A stretch of DNA of 63,504 bases, filler included, from Welwitschia mirabilis (GCA_051453625.1; 7 parts of one record of this genome joined end to end with filler, not necessarily neighbours in it); one strand, 5' to 3'; positions 13,101 to 26,620 are shown, counted from the whole stretch's first letter. Made by a program: numbers and translations. The notes: generated from the sequence alone by a model not told the origin.

Positions 13101-13262
13101 AGCATTATTTGTTGGAGTACATTCACTAGGTTTTCAATGTTGCTATTGGTTTTCTCTTGCATCTTTCTCATTTCTTTAATGGATTCTCTAAGAGGATCAT
13201 TAATATTTTGTTGAGAATTTGGTTGAAATTTAGAATTTTTAAATCTATTCTCAAATGGTTTT
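7128..13262 (-). mobile_element. Athila-like Ty3/gypsy element, family A (copy 2): LTR start, PPT, 3' UTR, pol and part of gag
   Basis: LTR start at 7206 on the minus strand, then PPT, 3' region and INT-RH-RT-PR-gag remnants in gypsy domain order. Confidence 0.92.
9130..13262 (-). pseudogene. pol: Decayed gag-pol: integrase ~9130-10380, RNase H ~10480-10830, RT ~11060-11680, protease ~12230-12620, gag >12630
   Basis: ORF-track fragments: KLNNVLWAYCT..LGFSPYELVYGK (INT); QTNYTTTEREILAIIF..INIYTDHAAI..SRLIRWILL (RH); LSWEKSFF..GIVLGY.IS..GI..DP.K (RT); PKFKDPG..VFIDI.TSVNIM..LELAD (PR). Confidence 0.92.
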
Positions 13263-13362
13263 NNNNNNNNNNNNNNNNNNNNNNNNNNNNNNNNNNNNNN
13301 NNNNNNNNNNNNNNNNNNNNNNNNNNNNNNNNNNNNNNNNNNNNNNNNNNNNNNNNNNNNNN

Positions 13363-15148
13363 TTCCATTTCTTGGCACTATTGTTAAAGGATTAAATTAT
13401 TCACTATTTGCTATGGCATAAATAATTCCAACATCCATAATTTTAATGATTTCATCTTTAACAATTTATTTAAGGGCTAGATTTAGTCTTCTTTGAGGCT
13501 GCCTAACTAGTTTAGCATTGTCCTCAAGATAGATTTTATGTTGAACTATGAAAAGAGGAATGACATCCAAGTCTTTATGTGTCCAAGAAAAGGCATTTTT
13601 CTTTGATTCTAATAGAGAAGTCAAATCCAATTCTTGTTGAGGAGTGATAAGGTTACTAATTATTAGAGGTTTCATTTGATTTTTAGACAAGAATATATAT
13701 TTTAGACCTTTGGATAACTAGCTAAGCTCACAAGTGTTAAGTTGGAATGTCATCCCATCTAGAATGTGGACAACAAATAGAGGATGACATTATTTAAAAA
13801 GTTTTTCTATCGAAAATAGATGTTGAGTTTCTTCCTCATCTTTGAAAACTCCATTCTCAGATTTAAAACAATCTAATTCAGTTGGGTCATCATACAAAGT
13901 TGGCTTATATAGCATAGTTAATATCTCTTCTAAGGTTTGATGTTGTAGAAATAAAGTTGGCCTCAAATCATCTTCAATGTTGAAATCAATTCTTATGTCC
14001 TTTTTAATAGCATCAAAAACCCTAATGGTAATTTCTTTGTTGTTAAAGTAGTATCTCATCATTCCAGATTGAGTGTCAATGATACAATGAGATGTAGCAT
14101 AAAAGGCTCTTTCTAAAAGTAGTGGATACCCTCCATCATGCTTTATTTCAATTATAACCACATCAATGGGATAAAAAGCTTCCTTAATTTGAATGACTAG
14201 GTCCTCTATAATTCTTAATAGTTTCTTAATTGAGGTGTTAGCTAGCTCTAGAATAATAGGTATAGGTTTAATTCTACTTTCTAAACCAAGTCTTTTTCAA
14301 TGTGGAAGGGCATAATGTTCACACTTACACCTATGTCAATCAAATACTTTTTAATTATTTTGTTTCCTTCTAAATTAACACTCACAGTTGCAGCCCTAGG
14401 ATCCTTAAATTTAGGACATTTCTTCATTACTAAGTTGAAGAGAGATTGGGCAAGGAAGACTTTACTTGGAATGATACATTTTTATTTTCTTCTCACTAAG
14501 TCCTTATATAACTTAGAATATTTAGGGTTTTCTTACAAGAGTTTCCAAAAGGAAAGGTTGATATTAACTTCTTACATCAAGGCTTTTAACTATTCGTCAA
14601 ATGTATGATTTGAGTTTAATCTATTAAGCCAATGAGTTGATAGTCTCTTTCCCTTATCCTCTTTTAAATTGTGTTTAAAAGAGGTTTTAGTAAATGATGT
14701 GAAAGTAAGGTTATAAGAATCTAGAATTTCTACATCATCTTCCCCAATTGCTTCATTTTGTTTAGGAACCTCATGGGTAGGAGGTGTTGTATATTTCCCA
14801 CTTCTTGTTATAATCTTTAAGTCTCTTCTAACTTCATTTGGATTGGGCATTGGTTAAGAAGCAAAATACCCTTGTGGTCTTTGATTAGCAAGCATTGTTT
14901 GTTAAAGCACATTCACTAAGTTCTTAATGTTGCTATTAATCTTTTCTTATACCTTTCTCATTTCTTTAATGGATTCTCTAAGGGGATCATTAAAATTTTG
15001 TTGAGAGTATGGTTAAAAATTGGAACCTTTAAATCTATTCCCACTAGGTCTTTGTTGAAACAGTGGTTGGCTCTTAAAGTTAGAATTTCTTTTATTGAAA
15101 GCACAAACATCTTCAAATATTTTTTCCTTCTAAGTTGGTAATAAAGGA
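13363..15148 (-). pseudogene. pol: Second, diverged family A gag-protease-RT N-terminus fragment
   Basis: Colinear with 11570-13262. ORF fragments QHKIYLEDNAKLVRQPQRRLN, GGYPLLLERAF, RRDLKIITRSGK. Confidence 0.9.
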
Positions 15149-15248
15149 NNNNNNNNNNNNNNNNNNNNNNNNNNNNNNNNNNNNNNNNNNNNTTAATTAA
15201 TTAANNNNNNNNNNNNNNNNNNNNNNNNNNNNNNNNNNNNNNNNNNNN

Positions 15249-15840
15249 CTTAGTTTTATAAGATGAGTCAAGGATGGAAATAAGAAAGTAAAAAATAATA
15301 AAAAAAATAAATGAAGTATTTACCCTAGAATTAAATGAGAGTATTTGGCTTAAAGTATACCAATCCTATGGAAGAAGTAACTAAAAAAGTGATTGATACT
15401 ATGGTGGAAAAATTTGATTAGTTAGATGTACAACACTTTAAAAAATAATAAGGACCTATATGTGAATATTGTAGAGAAGATAAGCATGAAGAAATAGAAT
15501 GCCCCTAGATATAGGAATTTTTTTATTAATTAGATATTAAGAGAGTAGATTCAAATATAGGAAACCAACATCAAGAAAGGGGAAAAACATATCCTTAATA
15601 AAGTAGAAAATGAAAAGGTAACCTAAAAAGCTTTTATAAAAGTATGTAAATTCTAAAAGGCAATAGTAATATGATTATTATAAGAATTAGATAAACAAGA
15701 TTTAAAAGAAATGAAAAAATTATAAGAGATAAAGAATAAAAAAGGAAAAAATTTCTACTTAACCTCAATCAAATCCAAGGTAACTAATGAGTAAAGCAAT
15801 GACTAATAAATCTAGAAAATAGATGATGACAAATGAAGAA
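15249..15840 (+). pseudogene. gag: Decayed retrotransposon gag fragment with zinc knuckle
   Basis: 15461-15502 translates CEYCREDKHEEIEC, i.e. CX2CX4HX4C. K/E-rich flanks with stops. Confidence 0.65.
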
Positions 15841-16080
15841 TATTTTGATACCAATTTGTAGGATTTTAATCAAGTATTTAGGTACTTTTATATAACATTT
15901 ATATAGGTTTAATTGTAGTTATAATGCTTATGGAGAATTGATGGAATAATCACTAAAACATGTGATTCTTGGTATATTTAGAGGTATCTCAGGCTTATTT
16001 TAATTGTTTGTGCCTTGAAGAAAAGATTAATTATGCAGAAGACTTATTTCTCTTAAGCTAAAGAGATAAAGAGACTTGTC
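15841..16080 (+). mobile_element. 5' portion of a family A LTR, interrupted by a family T insertion
   Basis: TATTTTGATACCAATTTGTAGGATTTT matches the LTR start at 28972. Homology ends at GAGACTTGTC (16080). Confidence 0.8.
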
Positions 16081-16320
16081 CATAATTTCCTAAATTTCTA
16101 CAATTGAAAATATTTATCTTTAATGCTCTAATACCAAAGTGTAATGCTCATATTTCTAGCTTTAAAAGTTCTAACCTTACTTATTTCCCAAAGGGTTAAG
16201 TCCTTACAAGACAATTTGATAGTATTAAAATAATTAATCTCACCCTAAACATATGTAATTATGATGATACTTAAGTAATTATTAGCACTCTTTACATATA
16301 AAGTTATAATAATATTTTAA
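16081..16320 (-). mobile_element. Family T LTR end containing an internal PBS-like sequence
   Basis: Aligns with ~17052-17284. GCTCTAATACCA (reverse complement of a tRNA-iMet PBS) at 16125-16136. Confidence 0.7.
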
Positions 16321-16420
16321 NNNNNNNNNNNNNNNNNNNNNNNNNNNNNNNNNNNNNNNNNNNNNNNNNNNNNNNNNNNNNNNNNNNNNNNNNNNNNNNN
16401 NNNNNNNNNNNNNNNNNNNN

Positions 16421-16481
16421 ATTAATATCAAAATGTTTTACATAGTTTAGAAACCCTATTAATTAAAGCTTACAAAATGTG
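16421..16481 (-). mobile_element. LTR start (TGTTATAACCCAC...), probably the other end of family T
   Basis: Near-exact reverse complement of 32624-32690. Both copies sit at sharp junctions with other elements. Confidence 0.7.
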
Positions 16482-16996
16482 GGTTATAACAGTATTTTAA
16501 TAGTTCATGTCTTGAAAGAAAGATTAACTATGTAGAAGAATAATTTTCCTTTGTGCTAGAAGATGGAGAGGTCTGTCATCCTTATTATCATCACCATGAT
16601 AGATAGGATAATAGCATTGTAGTAGCCTATTACAATAGTGACATGGAATAGATATAGAAGTGAACGAGCCCTTTTTTTAAGGAGGTATCATCCCTAGTAT
16701 CATTCTAACGACATGAAGGATGATGATTCATTTGGAGCCAACTGCTAGGTCACTTATGGAGCTGAAAACTGATGAATTATCTATTATTATGGGGATTCAT
16801 CCCTAATTTCATATCCACAATAGTTAAATAATAAATGTTTTGTATAAATAGGATTAATTTATCTTATAACAGGTTCATGCACCCCATATGGGTTGTTAGG
16901 GTTTCTTCCTTAACTCCTAGGGTTATGATTCTATAATCTTTAATGTAAACTATAAATACCTCCCTTGTTTTCAATTCCAACTTGTCCTTTTGTACC
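16482..16996 (+). mobile_element. Internal segment of another family A LTR
   Basis: Aligns to ~29125-29510, including GGGTTGTTAGGGTTTC and the TATA box CTATAAATACC. Confidence 0.8.
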
Positions 16997-18084
16997 TATA
17001 AAACACTAATTTTCATAGTTCCAAAACTTCAAACTAGCTTTGATACCAAAATGTAAAACCCCAATCTTCACAGTTGTAAAACTTTAAACTAGCTCTGACA
17101 AAGTGTAACTCCTATATTTTTAACTTGAAAAGTTTGAATGTTACTTATTTACCAAAGGCTTAAGTCCTCACAAGATAATTTAATAGTATTGGACTAATTA
17201 ACATCATCCTAAACATATGTAATTATAATGATATTTAAGTAATTACTAGCACTCTTTACATATAAAGTTGTAATAGTAGTTTAACAATTATTAATGTCCA
17301 TCATCAGGCCTATTTATGATAGCATTTAAGCTTTTTTTAAAGTAAAGGAAAAAGGGAAACTCATAGCATTTTCTTGAGATTTAATTTTTAATAAATGGAT
17401 ATTAATATACCAATATTCTATGCTCATAATTAGACTTATAATCTTCAAGAAACATCTACAAGTGATGCCATAAATAAATTTCCAACTCCATATGTTGATA
17501 AAAAAAAAAAAATCTAATTTAGGAAAAGACAATCATAATTACATTTAATACATCTTTTGAGGTAATTATAAAGTCCCTCAAGAAAGACATGAAGAATATG
17601 CACTTAAATTTTCATGTTTTATTGTAAAAATCTTCAAGGAAAATATCCATTATTCAATACAGTATAAATCCTTAAAGTAGAATTTATAATATGTAAATCA
17701 TACATATAATATAATGGAGTTTATCTTTCATCACAAGCAAGGAACATTAAGCAAAAAAAACATACTGTGTTCTCATGAAAGTAAGGCATATGACATCAAG
17801 TATTAAGACAAATAAGAATTTTAATTAATCAACAAGATTTTTTATAATTACTAGATCAATGAACCTCTACATCTATATGCCCACTTTAGCATTTATACTT
17901 TAGAATTTCCACCTATCACAAAAAAATATAAGATGAGAACTGTGAAAATCTCATAGGTTCCAGTATGATCTAGGAAAGAATAAGTAATTTGACAAGGACT
18001 TTCAAGAGTTAAGGAAGGAAAGATAAATAAAGACTTTAAGAGGAAGAATATATATGACAGACATTGATCTTATGGTTATGAATA

Positions 18085-18089
<5 letters not shown>

Positions 18090-18121
<32 letters not shown>
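18090..18121. repeat. (TA)n microsatellite
   Basis: About 16 TA units read directly. Confidence 0.95.
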
Positions 18122-18123
<2 letters not shown>

Positions 18124-18139
18124 CATATCTCAATCATGT

Positions 18140-18262
18140 CATTGCCTCATTCAGCAATATGTGAATCCCACTACCTCATTTAATGATCTATGAAATTCTC
18201 ACTTTATTACCTCATTCGGTGATTTGTGAAGTCCACTACCTTATTCGGTAACTGTGAAAATC
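18140..18262. repeat. Four degenerate ~30-bp tandem units (CACTACCTCATTCGGTGAT-TGTGAA-TCC)
   Basis: Units start near 18140, 18169, 18205 and 18234. Confidence 0.8.
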
Positions 18263-20011
18263 CATAATCATAAGTTTTAAATATAATGATATCAAGAAAA
18301 TAAGATAAGTTTGAACCACAAGATATCAATTCAAAACCATATATTTTAATAGCACATTAACAAGATGAATACGATAAGGATTAATCATAAGCTATTATCT
18401 CATACTAAGAATTGATAACATCAAGACATCAAGCAAAATGGTAAATGAAGATAAGACATGTATCAAACGTAATTTATCTTTATTAAGCATCACATGATTT
18501 AACATTCAATTATAGAAATATAAACATGATGATCTTGATAATGGAATGCATAAAAAAGGATCAATAAGAAAGCAAGAAAGAATAAAATCATACCCATAAA
18601 TGTTCAAGATTTTTGAAGATCTTCTAAGTTCCAAAGCTCTTAGAGCTCCTAGATTCTAAGATTTTAAGGTAAGGTTGTTTCAGAAAATAAACTATACTAA
18701 AGGAAGAACTTTATTTAAAGTGAAATAATGTGGGTAAGATTGTAAAACTCAAGAATATAAAAGGATACATCATGGGCCAATGGTAAAGGGACGATTACAT
18801 AATGTCTCATAAAGGCTTGCCCAGTCATCGGGTGCCTTAATAATATAAAAAATAACGCTTTCACATTTAATCATAATAAAGAGGAAAAATAAATAACAAG
18901 CCTCTACAATTTAAATATAAATGCATAAATTTTAGGAAATTACAATAAAATGAAAATAAGTGAAATCATCACCACTACAAGAACATTCTTGAAAATTATA
19001 AGTAATATTTTTAATTAAGATAAAAGAAACTTAAGGCNNNNNNNNNNNNNNNNNNNNNNNNNNNNNNNNNNNNNNNNNNNNNNNNNNNNNNNNNNNNNNN
19101 NNNNNNNNNNNNNNNNNNNNNNNNNNNNNNNNNNNNNNNNNNNNNNNNNNNNNNNNNNNNNNNNNNNNNNNNNNNNNNNNNNNNNNNNNNNNNNNNNNNN
19201 NNNNNNNNNNNNNNNNNNNNNNNNNNNNNNNNNNNNNNNNNNNNNNNNNNNNNNNNNNNNNNNNNNNNNNNNNNNNNNNNNNNNNNNNNNNNNNNNNNNN
19301 NNNNNNNNNNNNNNNNNNNNNNNNNNNNNNNNNNNNNNNNNNNNNNNNNNNNNNNNNNNNNNNNNNNNNNNNNNNNNNNNNNNNNNNNNNNNNNNNNNNN
19401 NNNNNNNNNNNNNNNNNNNNNNNNNNNNNNNNNNNNNNNNNNNNNNNNNNNNNNNNNNNNNNNNNNNNNNNNNNNNNNNNNNNNNNNNNNNNNNNNNNNN
19501 NNNNNNNNNNNNNNNNNNNNNNNNNNNNNNNNNNNNNNNNNNNNNNNNNNNNNNNNNNNNNNNNNNNNNNNNNNNNNNNNNNNNNNNNNNNNNNNNNNNN
19601 NNNNNNNNNNNNNNNNNNNNNNNNNNNNNNNNNNNNNNNNNNNNNNNNNNNNNNNNNNNNNNNNNNNNNNNNNNNNNNNNNNNNNNNNNNNNNNNNNNNN
19701 NNNNNNNNNNNNNNNNNNNNNNNNNNNNNNNNNNNNNNNNNNNNNNNNNNNNNNNNNNNNNNNNNNNNNNNNNNNNNNNNNNNNNNNNNNNNNNNNNNNN
19801 NNNNNNNNNNNNNNNNNNNNNNNNNNNNNNNNNNNNNNNNNNNNNNNNNNNNNNNNNNNNNNNNNNNNNNNNNNNNNNNNNNNNNNNNNNNNNNNNNNNN
19901 NNNNNNNNNNNNNNNNNNNNNNNNNNNNNNNNNNNNNNNNNNNNNNNNNNNNNNNNNNNNNNNNNNNNNNNNNNNNNNNNNNNNNNNNNNNNNNNNNNNN
20001 NNNNNNNNNNN

Positions 20012-20757
20012 TGTAAAACTATAAATACCCCCTTTTCCTTTACTTCCATTTCCATATTTTTTATTGAATATTTTTATGATAAAAGATTGAAGGATAAGAG
20101 GTTTATCCATTAGCTATAGAGAGAAGATGTCCTTTATATTTGGTTGAGTATCCTCCATTGAGGTGCTACTACTTTGTTGAAAGTAGATGTTAAATTGATG
20201 ATCAATTAAAAAACTATTTTCACTTCTATTATGTAAATCTCTCTTATGGTTTAAGTTGATTATAAATTGGTGATAGATTAATAGTTTATCTAGATCATAA
20301 GGGCAACCTTTATTAAGGTTGACATTTTTAGTTTATATCTTGCATATCATTTCATTTTATTCCATTTCCATATTTACATTTATTCATGTTTTGTTTGTTA
20401 TATCTTATAGCTTATGTTGATTAAGAACAAGTGATAATTCTTTCTCATTAATCTAATTTATAATAACTGATCTTGATGTAAGGAAGATTAGTATTCAAAT
20501 AGAATCATCATTCATCCATTTGTATTTCATCATCATTCAACTTGGATTCCATTTGCATTATTATTTATCTTCATTTACTAAAGGAAAAAGACTAAAACTA
20601 TTTTATAAAATCAATTCTCTAACTTCTAATGTAGTTCTTTTAATGGATCACCACATTCAGGTTTACTCCTATCTATACTAGTATGTGTTTTTATGCAACT
20701 ATTATGATCTATAGGTTTTATCTAAGTATTTAAATTGTACAAATTTACACCACAACA
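20012..20757 (+). repeat. 5' LTR (3' part)
   Basis: Aligns with 29474-30200. Contains TATA CTATAAATACCC at ~20019 and ends CACAACA. Confidence 0.9.
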
Positions 20758-20760
20758 TTT

Positions 20761-20778
20761 TGATGCCATTATCAGGGA
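20761..20778 (+). other. Primer binding site, tRNA-Asp type (decayed)
   Basis: TGATGCCATTATCAGGGA, 3 nt after the LTR, differs from the Athila PBS TGGCGCCGTTGCCGGGGA only by C>T/G>A changes. Confidence 0.8.
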
Positions 20779-21218
20779 ACCTTGCAAAGAGCTAAAGGAT
20801 TGTCACTCTTTGGATAAGTGCCTTAGATTTTAGTTTAGGTTATTTATCTGAAATACTTCTATATTTTCTTTACTCTAGTTTAATAGGTATATTTTTCCCC
20901 TTTTTTCCCATAGTTGTAAAGAAAAATCATTGTAATCCCCTTAGTCATTCATATGATACTAAAAATAACAATTACAAATTTTTGAATTTATTTTACCTTT
21001 TCAGAAAATTCTCTTTCTTTTAGTAGTAGTAATAAAATACTATCATCCTCTATGTTATCCCCACGACAAGGTCAATGATAGTATTTTTTTTAATTACATT
21101 AATTTTTCTCTAATTTTAGAAATTCTCTATTGTGATCATCATCCCTCTAGTCATCCCCATAACTAGGTGGATGACTATTAGCTATTTTTTATTTTGACTT
21201 TTATTTTTTGTCTAAAGT

Positions 21219-24200
21219 ATGCAAGGACATGGGGAACTTTAGTAAAAGATGAAATATTAAAGAGAGTGGAAACTAATTGAGAAAAATATTAGAGAAGGAT
21301 TATTTAACTTTGAAAAAAATCCAAGTATGCACACTCTAGGTATGCAAATTCCAAGAATTAAAGAAGAGGATTTTTCTACTTTTGTTATTTCAAAGTTAAA
21401 TTTTGAAAAAGAAAATTATGAAAATAATAGCATATAAACAGATCATGTTATTTCTGTTTCATCTATGTCAAAATCATCAATAAAGCAAAAACAAGTCACT
21501 TCATCTAGTATACCAATCATTATAGGAACTTCATCTTCAAATGTAAATGCTATACTTAGAGATTTAATTGCTAATAAAAAACATGAAATTCAAAATACTT
21601 TCGATTTACCTACTAATGATGACATAGTGGCTATCTAACATTTTCAGGAAAACCTGAATAGGACACTTTTCAACATGTAGCTGATATTAAACAACTTGTA
21701 CTTACCTCAGAAAATGGGAATAAATGCATTAGTGATCATCTTCTATGATTATCTTTCCAGTCACACTTAGAGGAAAGGAAAAACTTTAGCTTAAAACCAT
21801 TCTATACAAGAGTTTTAAATCATTGAGCCAATTGTAAGACACTTTTATTAAAATATTTTTGAGTAAAAGTAGCATTAGAAAAAGAAGGAATGAAGTTACC
21901 AAATTCTAACTAACTTCATGAGGATTATGCCATAACTTATAAGTGTCTCATCATTGCTATTCATTCCAATCCTATTGATGAATTCTATAAAGACGAATTA
22001 ATAGATTATTTTTACAATGAATTGACTAGTCAAACTAAATAACTTTAGGCTTTTCATGTGATGGAAACTTGATGAACTTAATTTTATGTGATGCATAGAA
22101 TGTGTTGGAAAATCTAGTAGAGATAATTCAAACTTGGCTAAAATCCACTTCTAAGAAAAATAGAACTATAGGCCAAATTATAAAAGATTTAACAGAAGTA
22201 AAACATGTTAAGGAAGAAGAAAAAGGGGATTTAATTAACATGATTAAGAATTTCACTACCACTTTGAAGAAGTATGCTTAAATGATAGTTGATGCAAAGA
22301 TATTAAAAAACAAAAACATAACTTTAACATGTGATATTTGTAAATACAAATCTCATCAAACTAAAGAATACTTTTATTACTAACTTGTAAAGAGAGATAA
22401 AATTCAATCACAATTTGAACAAAGATTAGATGGACAATTGCATTGAAGCCTTTTGAAAATAGATCCAGAAATTCAAACATCCAATCAAATAACCGTAATC
22501 TTCAACCAAATTAAAATGATCCACTCAAAGATTCCATAGAATAATTAAAAAAGATATAAGAAAATAATAACAATAATATTAAAAACTTAGTGAATGTGCT
22601 TCAATAAATAATTCTAGCCAATTAAAAAGCACAAGGGTCTCTTACATCTAAACCTTTATCTACTCCAAAAGAAGTCAAGAGAGATTTAAAGATAGTAAGA
22701 AGAAGTGAAAATGATACAACACCTCCTACCCATGAGGTTTCAACTTTCAAAAATAATAAATAAAGCAATGAAGAAGATGATGTATAAATTTTAGACACAT
22801 ATAACTTTCCTTTAACATTAAATACTAAGCCCACTACTAAAAAGTCTTCACAAGAAAACAAAGGGAAGAAACCATCTACTCCTTGGCTTGATAGTTTAAA
22901 CATGAATCCTTCCTATGATGATTACTTAAAGGCTTTGATGCAATAAGTAAACATGAACTTACTTTTTTGAAAACTCTTGAAAAAAAATCCTAAATATTCT
23001 AACTTGTGAAAAGCCTTAGTAAGAAGAAAATAAAAACATACCATTCCTAGTAAGGTATTTTGTGCTTAATCTATTTTCAACTTAGTCATAAAAAATGTTT
23101 TAAATTTAAGGATCCTAAGGTAGCATCAGTGGGTGTTCCCTTAGAAGAAAATAAAAGAATTGAAAAATCTTCAATTAACATAGGATCCAATGTAAACATC
23201 ATTTCTCTTTGCATATGTAAAAGACTTGGTTTGGAAAATAAAGTGGAATCTACATAAATCATCTTAGAATTGGTTGATACTTTAATTAAGAAACCCTTAG
23301 GAATTACCAAAGGCTTAGTTATCCAAATAGAATAAGCTTTCTATCCCATATATGTAGTCATCATTAAGGTAAAACATGATGGAGGTTATTCACTACTCTT
23401 AAGAAGAGCCTTTTGTACAACTGCCCTACAGTATCATTGATACATGAACCAAAATGATGAAATGTTATATAGGCAATAAGAAGTTTATCATTTGAGTTTT
23501 TGATGCTATAAAAAAAGAAACAAGAGATGAGTATAACTTAGAAGAATAACTTAAACTAACTTTTTTTTTACAACATCATCCAATTAAGGAGAAATTAATA
23601 ATTCTACACAAACAAACATTAATGATGAATTGACTAAAATACACTATCTTTAGCATAAGGAGGAGGATTTTTTTTTTTTTTAACTGGAAGGAAATCTAAC
23701 ATGTTTACCTAGTGGAAAACCTATGTAAAGGGTATCATCCCCCTGACATCCCAAGATGATAGTCATTGATGATAATTTAGTATCCAAATTTAAAAATTCC
23801 AACTTAGAACTAAAAGAGTTGCATAAAGGTCTAAAATACATTTTTATATCCAACAATATGAAGAAACCTTTGATAATAAGTAACCTTCTCACTCCTTAAT
23901 AAGGATCTAACTTGATCTTACTTCTAAAGAAGATGCTTTTATTTGGACACATAAAGACTTAGCTACCATCCCTTTTTCCATAGTATAACACAAAATATAC
24001 TTAGAGGATAATGCTAAACTATTTAGATAACCTTAACAAAGGATCAACCTAGCTCTTAAGCAAGTAGTTAAAGATGAAATTATTAAACTTATGTATGTTG
24101 GGATCATTTATTCTATATTAGATCATGAGTGGATTAGCCTTTAATAGTAGTTCCAAAAAGGGATGGAAAATGGATAATGTGCATTGATTTTAGAAAACGT

Positions 24201-26620
24201 AATGGGATTACTAAGAAGGATCATTTCTTTTTACCTTTTTTAATTATGTAATTAATATAATACAAGGACATGCCTACTATTATTTTTTCATTGGGTATAA
24301 TGGCTATAATTAAGTTTACATAGCAAGTAAAATCCAAACAAAAACAATTTTTACCTCTCCCTTTACAAGTATTGCCTTTAGAAGAATGCCTTTTAGGATT
24401 TGTAATGCCCCTAGGACTTTACAACAAGAAATGATGAGGATCTTTTTTGACATGATAGAGGATTCTATTAAAATTTTTATGGATGACTTCTCCATCTTTG
24501 ATAAAACTTTTTAATGAATCATAGAAAGGTTAGAAAGAGTCTTGGATTGATATATAGAGAGTGGTCTAAACTTGAGATAATAAAAATGTTTCCTCCTTAT
24601 TAATAATGAAATTGCTTTAAGTCATCATGTTTCTAATAAAGGTATTAATATGGACCTTGCAAAATTTAGTATCATTAAAAACGTTAATCCTCTAAGTAAT
24701 GTCTAATAACTCAAATCATTCCTTAGCCGTGCTAGTTTTTATTGTCATTTTATTCATGATTATGCCAAGGTTTATACATTTCTTTATTCATTACTTAAAA
24801 AAGAAGCTAAATTTATTGGAATGATTCATGTTAATTTGCTTTTGACATACTTAAGGATTAAATTTCTTATAAACCTATTATTACAAGTCCTGATTCGACT
24901 AAAGATTTTGAACTCATGTGTGATGCAAGCAACATTGTTGTGGATAGGGTTCTTAGCAAAAAATGTAAAAATGGTCTTAAATTCATATCTTATCTTAACA
25001 AAACTTTTTCCAAAGCCTAATCCAACTATAATACTACTGAAAGAAAAGTGCTTTCCATTTTTTTTTTCTTGATCACCTTAGACACTATCTTCTTGGCTTT
25101 CATATTAATGTTTACATAGATCATGCAAGCATACACTATCTTATGACTAAAAAATATTCTAGTATCAAACTTATTGGGTGGATCCTTTTTATGCAATAAT
25201 TTAATCTTAGCATTATCAACAAGGCTAAAAAACATAATAGTATTACAGATCACCTATCTTGACTCTCTTTTTCTTATGATGAAATCCCCATAAATAACTC
25301 CTTCCTAGATGAACAACTATTTCTTATTGAATAACTTCATGTCATCTCTTCTATTCATTCTTCACCTTGGTATGATGATATTATGAACTCCCTTATTACC
25401 ATAAAACACCTCATCATTAGAATCATAACCAAAAAAAGCCTTTTCTTTAGAGGATTAGTGATTATGAGTGGAATGAACCCCATCTTTATTGAAGATGTAA
25501 TAACCAAGTCATGCATAAATGTATTCTTAATTGGGAAAGCCTAGATATCCTTAACATTTACCATGATGAAATATGTGGGAGACACTTTAGTGGCTAAAAG
25601 ATAATAATGAAAATTCTTCATTCTAGTTTTTATTGACCTACCCTTTTTAAAGACTCTTTTGACTTTGCTAGAAGATGTGATTCTTGTCAATCTTGTGGCA
25701 GCCTAACACATTGTTAATATATGTCCCTTAAATCTATGCTTGAATATGAACCTTTTCATTATTGTGGGATTGACTTTGTAGGCCCTATCAAATCACCTTC
25801 TCATGTTAAAAATGACATCATAGTGGTTATTGATTTTGTTACTAAGTGGGTCGAATCTTTTCCTACTACCAAGAATGATGTTAAACTATTTGTAATTTTG
25901 TCCAAACTTATATCTTTTAACATTTTGGTTTTCCTAGAATCATCATTAGCAATGAAATAACTGATTTTATTAATCATCTTTTTTAGAAACTTCTTTTATC
26001 CATCAGAATTTGACATAGAATTGCATGTGCTTATCATTTACAAACTAATGACTAGGTTAAAAATGTGAATGGAGAAATTAAAAAGATGCTCTAAAATTAG
26101 TTTTTATTAATAAAAAGATGTACTCCTCTAAACTTAATGATGTTCTTTAGATTACTACACTACTTGACAAAAATCTCTAGGTTTTTCACCTTATGAACTT
26201 ATGTATATGAAGGTTTTTGTCTTGCTAGTTGATGTTTGTTATAATTACTATAAATTCATCCATTAACTTAACCTTGTAAACTTGAATGAAAGTCTTAAGA
26301 CTCAATTAGCCCAACTTGACCATTTAGATAAAAAGTGTATCCATGTTATACATCATCAAATCATTCATAAATCCTAAGCCAAGTTCAAACATAACCAAAA
26401 AAAAAATTCATAAGCATTTGAATCTGGTCAACTGATTGTTTTACATAATAATTAAGTACATCTTTTACATAACAAGTTAGCTTCTAAATGATCAGATCAT
26501 TATTTTATTGAAAAAGTGCATTTCAATGGCTTAGTTAAAATCTTCAATTCAAATACTAGGAAAATTTAAAAAGTCAATGGATAATGGTTAAAATTTTATG
26601 AGTCATCTATTGATAAAACC
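21219..26620 (+). pseudogene. pol: Decayed gag-pol: gag ~21219-23000, protease ~23100-23480, RT ~24060-24660, RNase H ~24910-25260, integrase ~25560-26620
   Basis: KFKDP..IGSNVNII (PR); MCIDFRK, KKDHF.LPF, RRMPFRICNAP.T.Q, IFMDDFS (RT); FELMCDAS, VYIDH (RH); GIDFVGP..VVIDFVTKWVE (INT). Many stops and frameshifts. Confidence 0.92.

Larger units (their letters stand above)
16997..19037 (-). mobile_element. Long LTR of a Met-tRNA-primed LTR family (T; possibly Tekay/Del-like)
   Basis: TGTAA(A)ACCCC-type terminus, GCTTTGATACCA PBS copies, ~30-bp internal tandem repeats, TATA-like element at ~18710. No coding sequence, so the lineage is uncertain. Confidence 0.55.

Noticed and set aside
15193-15204. 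Recurrent palindrome TTAATTAATTAA
   Set aside because: Always embedded in N runs; an artificial six-frame-stop linker.
18140-18262. CRISPR-like appearance of ~30-bp repeats (also the 55-bp units at 16997)
   Set aside because: Degenerate adjacent repeats without unique spacers, no cas genes, eukaryotic LTR context.
19015-20110. Long ORFs in the track (also 53116-53649 and others containing X)
   Set aside because: They are open only because they run through N gaps.
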